DNA of 64,000 bases, taken from Eledone cirrhosa (taxonomy: Eukaryota). Made by a program: the position numbers and the translations under genes. Location of the stretch: assembly GCA_964016885.1 (NCBI GenBank), contig OZ024746.1, positions 66,092,001 to 66,156,000 of the forward strand, in the 5' to 3' direction. Shown here one piece after another: positions 58,467 through 64,000 of this stretch (positions are counted from its first letter, which is position 1; each line of letters starts with the position of its first letter). The notes beneath the pieces were generated by a model. The model was given only the letters and a program-made list of their open reading frames with translations. It ran no database searches and was not told where the DNA came from.

Positions 58467-59999
58467 TAATATTTAATGACATTAAAATATGAACGATCTA
58501 TCTTATCTTTTATCACTAGCCCTGCGAGTATCGGTATCTTTCTTTTCAGCATGATATGTATTGAATATGTAGCTTTCGGATACTTTGCATATTTCCCATT
58601 TATTGTTTTCCTTAATCGTAATTTAACCCTGGTCGAATATACTTATCAACGTTGTCTTTTTTTATATATATTAAGGACTAAATCTTCCAACAGAATTTAC
58701 AGATTTCAAGGAGTGATCGATTTATATGAGAGAGATTTTGATGTTAATTTTAGCAGGATATGTGTCTACACAGAGACACACTTGGCTTGCCTAGTTTTCA
58801 AATAGAAACGGCATCTCTATTATCTTGGTGAATGTAACTTTGATTTGAAATATAACTTAAATGAGACAATAGACTTTTAATAAACCTAATCTATTTGTAA
58901 GCACCACTAAACAGTAAACTAAGAACTGAATGTTTGATTCATCGACTAGGTTCATATAATATAATTGATATATACGTGAAGTTGGTTAGTCGCACATATA
59001 TTAGAGTGAAATCGAAATATTCCATCAGGCATGGACTAAAGAATCATTAATTCAGTACATGAAACGTTGTATCTCCATATTTACGTGTTGTTGCATGTCT
59101 GTTGAAGACATATCTACACATATACCGTATCTCAGTGACAATCCTGTTTGAAATTCATTCCTTTTCCAACAGTATGAATATACTGAATATGTCTCTGCTA
59201 AAGTATTGAACTTATCCTCAGCACCCATATTTCACTTATAATATCTAGAAACCATACGGTAATGTCACATAATAGGAACACTAAATCTATGAAAAATCTG
59301 AAACAAAATGAAGAATCTTGTGATATAGAATTCCATATGAAAACGATTGCAACAAAAACCCTACATGGATAATACATGAAGAAATTATACAAGGCGGATA
59401 CACAGAAAAAAAAGAAAAAATAACATATAGACATTTTTTTAATTGAAATACAGGTTCATATTCGTCCATTTGACACTGCTAAAAATATCTAGTCAAACAT
59501 AATACATTAGGTAAACAGATAAGGCGTATAGGTTGGTTGAAAGAAAGAATCACATTGTTGCTCGTGTCACAGGTTTAAATAAGATACACATTTTACTTGC
59601 AGACATGAAACATTTGCTGTCTCGATAAATAGTGCATTATAGCAGTAATACGAATCTCCACCAGGAAGGAAGGTACATAAAGACAATTGAAGACAGAAAG
59701 CAACGTTTACCAAAGAGAACATACCCTGAGAATTGATTTGTCAATTGACGCAGATAAAGAAAATTAAGTTAATAAGCCAGATGTTGTCAAGCATAACCAG
59801 AAAATGAAGTCCGCTTACCGAAGTAACTGTTCCGAGAGAGGATAATGTAACACAACATATTGAGAAATTAACCAAACATAGCGGTAATTTCAGTACAAGA
59901 AAACACACAAAACAAAAGTAAAACATTTGAGCACAGCTAATGTGCAACGAACTGCGCTCGCCAAATCAACGAAATCACATAATAAATATAGAATAACAG

Positions 60000-60030
<31 letters not shown>

Positions 60031-61538
60031 AACTATTATTATTTCTGATTCAGTTAAAATGTCAACAAGTTGTGGGGATGGGAATTCCATAAAACTGACC
60101 CCAGGGAGTTACTGATAAGTATGATAAGTATGAAATGCAAAGATAGAAAATAAACGGCCGTTCATCTATGCCACAAAGCATGCTGTCTGGTGCTCTACCG
60201 ATGCTACCAATCTGGTTTCTTTATTATTCACATAAGTGTATATACGTTTGAGGGTAGGACGACACGATAGTGTGTGGTTGTACACAAAAACCTTTAAAAA
60301 TGAGAACTATTGAAAGTAAAAACAAAATGGGTAATAAAAATGAGCTTCTCCAATGGATGACGAATGATGGAATAATTCTGAATGTTACTCGTGGAAAGAG
60401 CTACAAAAATATGTGTTCAACATCTCCCACTAGCGATCCTTTAATCTACGGGCAAATCAGGCGCATTCAGTCTTTACGTTTAATTTCATTTTCAAGATAA
60501 AATTAAAAACTTCTATAAGGCTTGTCCTAAAAGGTAATTTAGTTATGAAGCGAAGGATACTGAAATGTGCTATTATGGCCATCAGACAGACAAAGATTAC
60601 CTCAACTTAATGGCCAAAGGAAAGAGGCAGTGGGTTCTTCAGAGTAGACTCAACTAAGAGCTGAATCACTTCTGCATGTGAGAGATGTCTGAATGAATTT
60701 AAAGTCAGCAATGCTTGGCCAGTGGACGAGTGTGTCCAGAAACGTGTTGGCACCCTTCACGCATTTCTGACAGGATCGCTGTATCCAAACGCCATGGAGC
60801 ATAATTAATCTAGTTGATATTCCTCAACGCCCAAAGACTCGCTGAAAACTTCATCGCTCTTGCCGACTTCTAAACTTGTATAGAATGTCAAAGATGGTTT
60901 TCCACCGACCACATTGCTGTGAACACTTGAGGTTTCTTTTTCGAAGCACATTTTCTCGGTAGTCATTTCAGCGATTACTACAATTATTTTATAAAAACGA
61001 GGTCGAAAAAGAGGCAACTAACGTGTGTGCCTACATTGAAATGCAGCAAATATCTACGGATTGTCATCCACGGCATAACTAGACTTAGACTCAGTGGCAC
61101 TTGACAACTCCCGGCTCGTTTGTTAGGTGGAAGGTATCCTTTGTTTAGAAGAGGACGACACGAACCTCAGGTGTAAAAGTTGACGGATTCAAGCATAGCT
61201 TCTACCTGAGTAATTTCTGGTCGAGATTGGCCATATTGCTCATCCCAGTTTTGTCCAACGTGAGACTGACCCATACCAAGTGCCAAGTAATTTTTACCGT
61301 TCCTTCCTCGGTTGGCATATACTTTTCTCACCTTTGTATAATAAAATAAGTGACTTCGTGCCAGGCTTTTTCAGTTTTGTTTAATTTTTCAGTTTTTACA
61401 TTCCTCTTATTTGTGTTACTGCAACAGACCTCTAGTATGTTACTGTATTTACTTATCACAATTATCCACTTCCATGTTATTGACGGAGTGAAACACACTT
61501 CAACAACATGTGTACCTGTCTTTTCCACACCAATTCTG

Positions 61539-61593
61539 ACTGCCTGAAGAGGTCACAGCCAATAATAGTTGTCACCGAAATATATATAGCAGT
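61539..61593 (+). ncRNA. Type I hammerhead ribozyme with intact canonical core
   Basis: ACTGC-CTGAAGA-GGTcACAGC caataata GTTGTcACC-GAAA-TATATA-TA-GCAGT: stem I 5 bp, stem II 8 bp with one C-C mismatch, palindromic minimal stem III. Confidence 0.8.
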
Positions 61594-62157
61594 AAATTTA
61601 TAATTTATAATTTATAATAAACGAAACCAAACTTTACATATTTGACTTATTTTATTTTACATAACTCCCGTATAAACAATTCCAACCTGCGTACTTCGTC
61701 GAGTGCTCTAATCTTCATATTGAGGTGTCGGTAAATAACCAATATATACTCAATATATATATATATATTTGTGTGTGTACATATGTGTATATATATATAT
61801 ATATTTGTTTTCTCTCAAATATGTATATATATATATATATATGTTTTCTCTTTTTTAATAAGAAATCATGTGTCGAAACTACTATTGTTATTCTTGGGAA
61901 GGGTCATATTGTTGTAATAATATTGCGAGACATAATAACAGAACACACTCACTGTTTGGTTGGTTTTCGTTTCTGTATCTTTTATATCTCCACAGTTAAT
62001 TCATTCGGTCCACAATGTTTACCATTGACTGACAAGAGTGAGTTCTGTAATTATGTCTGGCAATATTATTACAACAATATGACCCTCCCTCCCCCAAGTA
62101 TAACAATATATATATATATATATACACACAATAGCAAATCATGTCAATCTTCTTTCT

Positions 62158-62199
<42 letters not shown>

Positions 62200-62299
62200 A
62201 TATATATATTTATATATATATATATATTTAGATATATATTTAGATATATATATATATTGTTATATATATATTTTTATATATATATATTTATATATATAT

Positions 62300-62381
<82 letters not shown>

Positions 62382-62408
62382 AGAAAGAAGATTGACATGG
62401 TTTGTTAT

Positions 62409-62498
<90 letters not shown>

Positions 62499-62514
62499 TA
62501 ATCAACATACAAAT

Positions 62515-63262
62515 AGTTTCCCACATCTTACGTTAATTATTTTCCGTTTTGACGTTATATTATGAACACTTATATATTATGAACAACTGTTGGCTTCTAG
62601 CTCACATTAATTTCTATATTTTCATTTATATTTATAATCGGAATTTTTCCTAGAGTGCTAAAAATTATTTGTGACTAATCCCGGTCTTTTCTTTTAAAAA
62701 AACCGCGATAATATTGCTATTTTGCTGAACTCCTTACATTTTTTAGAGTTTTTTTGGAATGTTTTTGACGGTTGTTTCCTGTAAATAGACATTCCTCTCA
62801 TCCTGACGTCACCAGCCATGTCTCTACATGTGTGTTTATTTTCATAATTTCCGCACGAGGTGAACTAGCCTGCTTTTAAATTCCCTTTTTGGTATATCTT
62901 GGCAGTGAGATGAGAGTAACCGTGTTTGACCTCTACTGAGGAACGATTCCAACCGTGACCATTCCCACTGAAAAGTTTTGTGAAATAGTCTTTTTAAGAC
63001 TATATAGAGCATTTGTAGTTCTTCCAAATTGAAGGATGAGTATTTAAACTTTATTTTATTCTGTGTTAAGACTCTATTGGTTTTTTTCCCTGGATTTCAC
63101 AAAATCTGTGGATAAAATCTCTGTCTTGATTTTTTTTAATTGAGGTTGAATTATTTTCCCACATCTTACGTTAATTATTTTCCATTCTGACGTTAGAGTC
63201 ACTTATATATTATGAAATACTGTTGGCTTCTAGCTCACATTAATTTCTATATTTTCATTTAT
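62515..63262. repeat. About 110-bp direct repeat pair
   Basis: TTTCCCACATCTTACGTTAATTATTTTCC...CTGTTGGCTTCTAGCTCACATTAATTTCTATATTTTCATTTA at about 62518-62630 and about 63155-63262. Confidence 0.8.
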
Positions 63263-63333
63263 GTATATATATATATATATCAAGAAAGAAGAGTGACATG
63301 GTGTTTGTTATTGTGTGTGTTTGTGTGCGTGTG

Positions 63334-63402
<69 letters not shown>

Positions 63403-64000
63403 GAGTCCCGGGTACAATCGGGGGTAACCACAGTTAGTAATTTACTGAATACATTAGTAGAGAGTAAACATCAAGTTGAATGTGGAAATGGTTTCTACGG
63501 GTCTATAGCCATTTCATTCAAATGAAATCATTAGGAAAGCCGGCTTTCGTGGTACTACAATCATATTTATGTTTTCTTGTGGTTTGGGATAGTGGTGGTT
63601 TTGAGGATGGGTCGAGGGCATTCGCCAATATATTTTAAAGAACAAGGACATCATGTATGTATGCACGTATGCATGTGTGCTTCTATTTATGTATCTATCT
63701 ATGCATGTATACATGGATTGATGCATCTTTCATGTTTTCAATTTTCTTCCGAGCAGAGGAACAACTGGTTTGTAATCTACAAACAAATCTTCACTTTTGT
63801 ATTTAAACAACATGCAGACAATAGCATTCGTGTATGTATGTTGTATGCAATGTATCTATTTTAATGTAATCTATTTTTATGGAATTCTTTTATAACTATC
63901 TATATAAATTTGTCTTATATTGACGGTGAATCCATGTCAAAGTTGAGAATAAATTTTCTTAGTTGCCTCTTGTGTGAGAAATATTCCCACCCATTCAATT

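Noticed and set aside
60480-61320. Higher-GC stretch possibly from a transposon or exon
   Set aside because: No recognisable motif in any frame I could read.

Overview
AT-rich, microsatellite-laden animal DNA; the repeat landscape is inferred to be coleoid cephalopod (octopus-like). Most listed ORFs are translations of (TA)n, (CA)n or triplet repeats. The only host gene I can support is a minus-strand nicotinic acetylcholine receptor-like (Cys-loop) subunit. Its N-terminal exon occurs twice about 16 kb apart: 35414-35710 with a signal peptide, and 19078-19244, which is missing from the ORF track. Mobile DNA includes a decayed Penelope-like element (PLE) with a long inverted terminal copy, older PLE relics, a tRNA-type SINE family with 16-17 bp target-site duplications (TSDs), an R4/Dong-like fragment, and RTE LINE pieces, one with a twin-priming-type 5' inversion. 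The main hidden signal is a set of at least six sequence-unrelated short elements in or beside (TA)n tracts, mostly forming fold-back hairpins and carrying whole or half type I hammerhead ribozymes. Two families share the compensatory U3-A8 core (UUGAUAA), and one forms a 320-nt tandem retrozyme-like repeat. All folds were read by eye and no searches were run.
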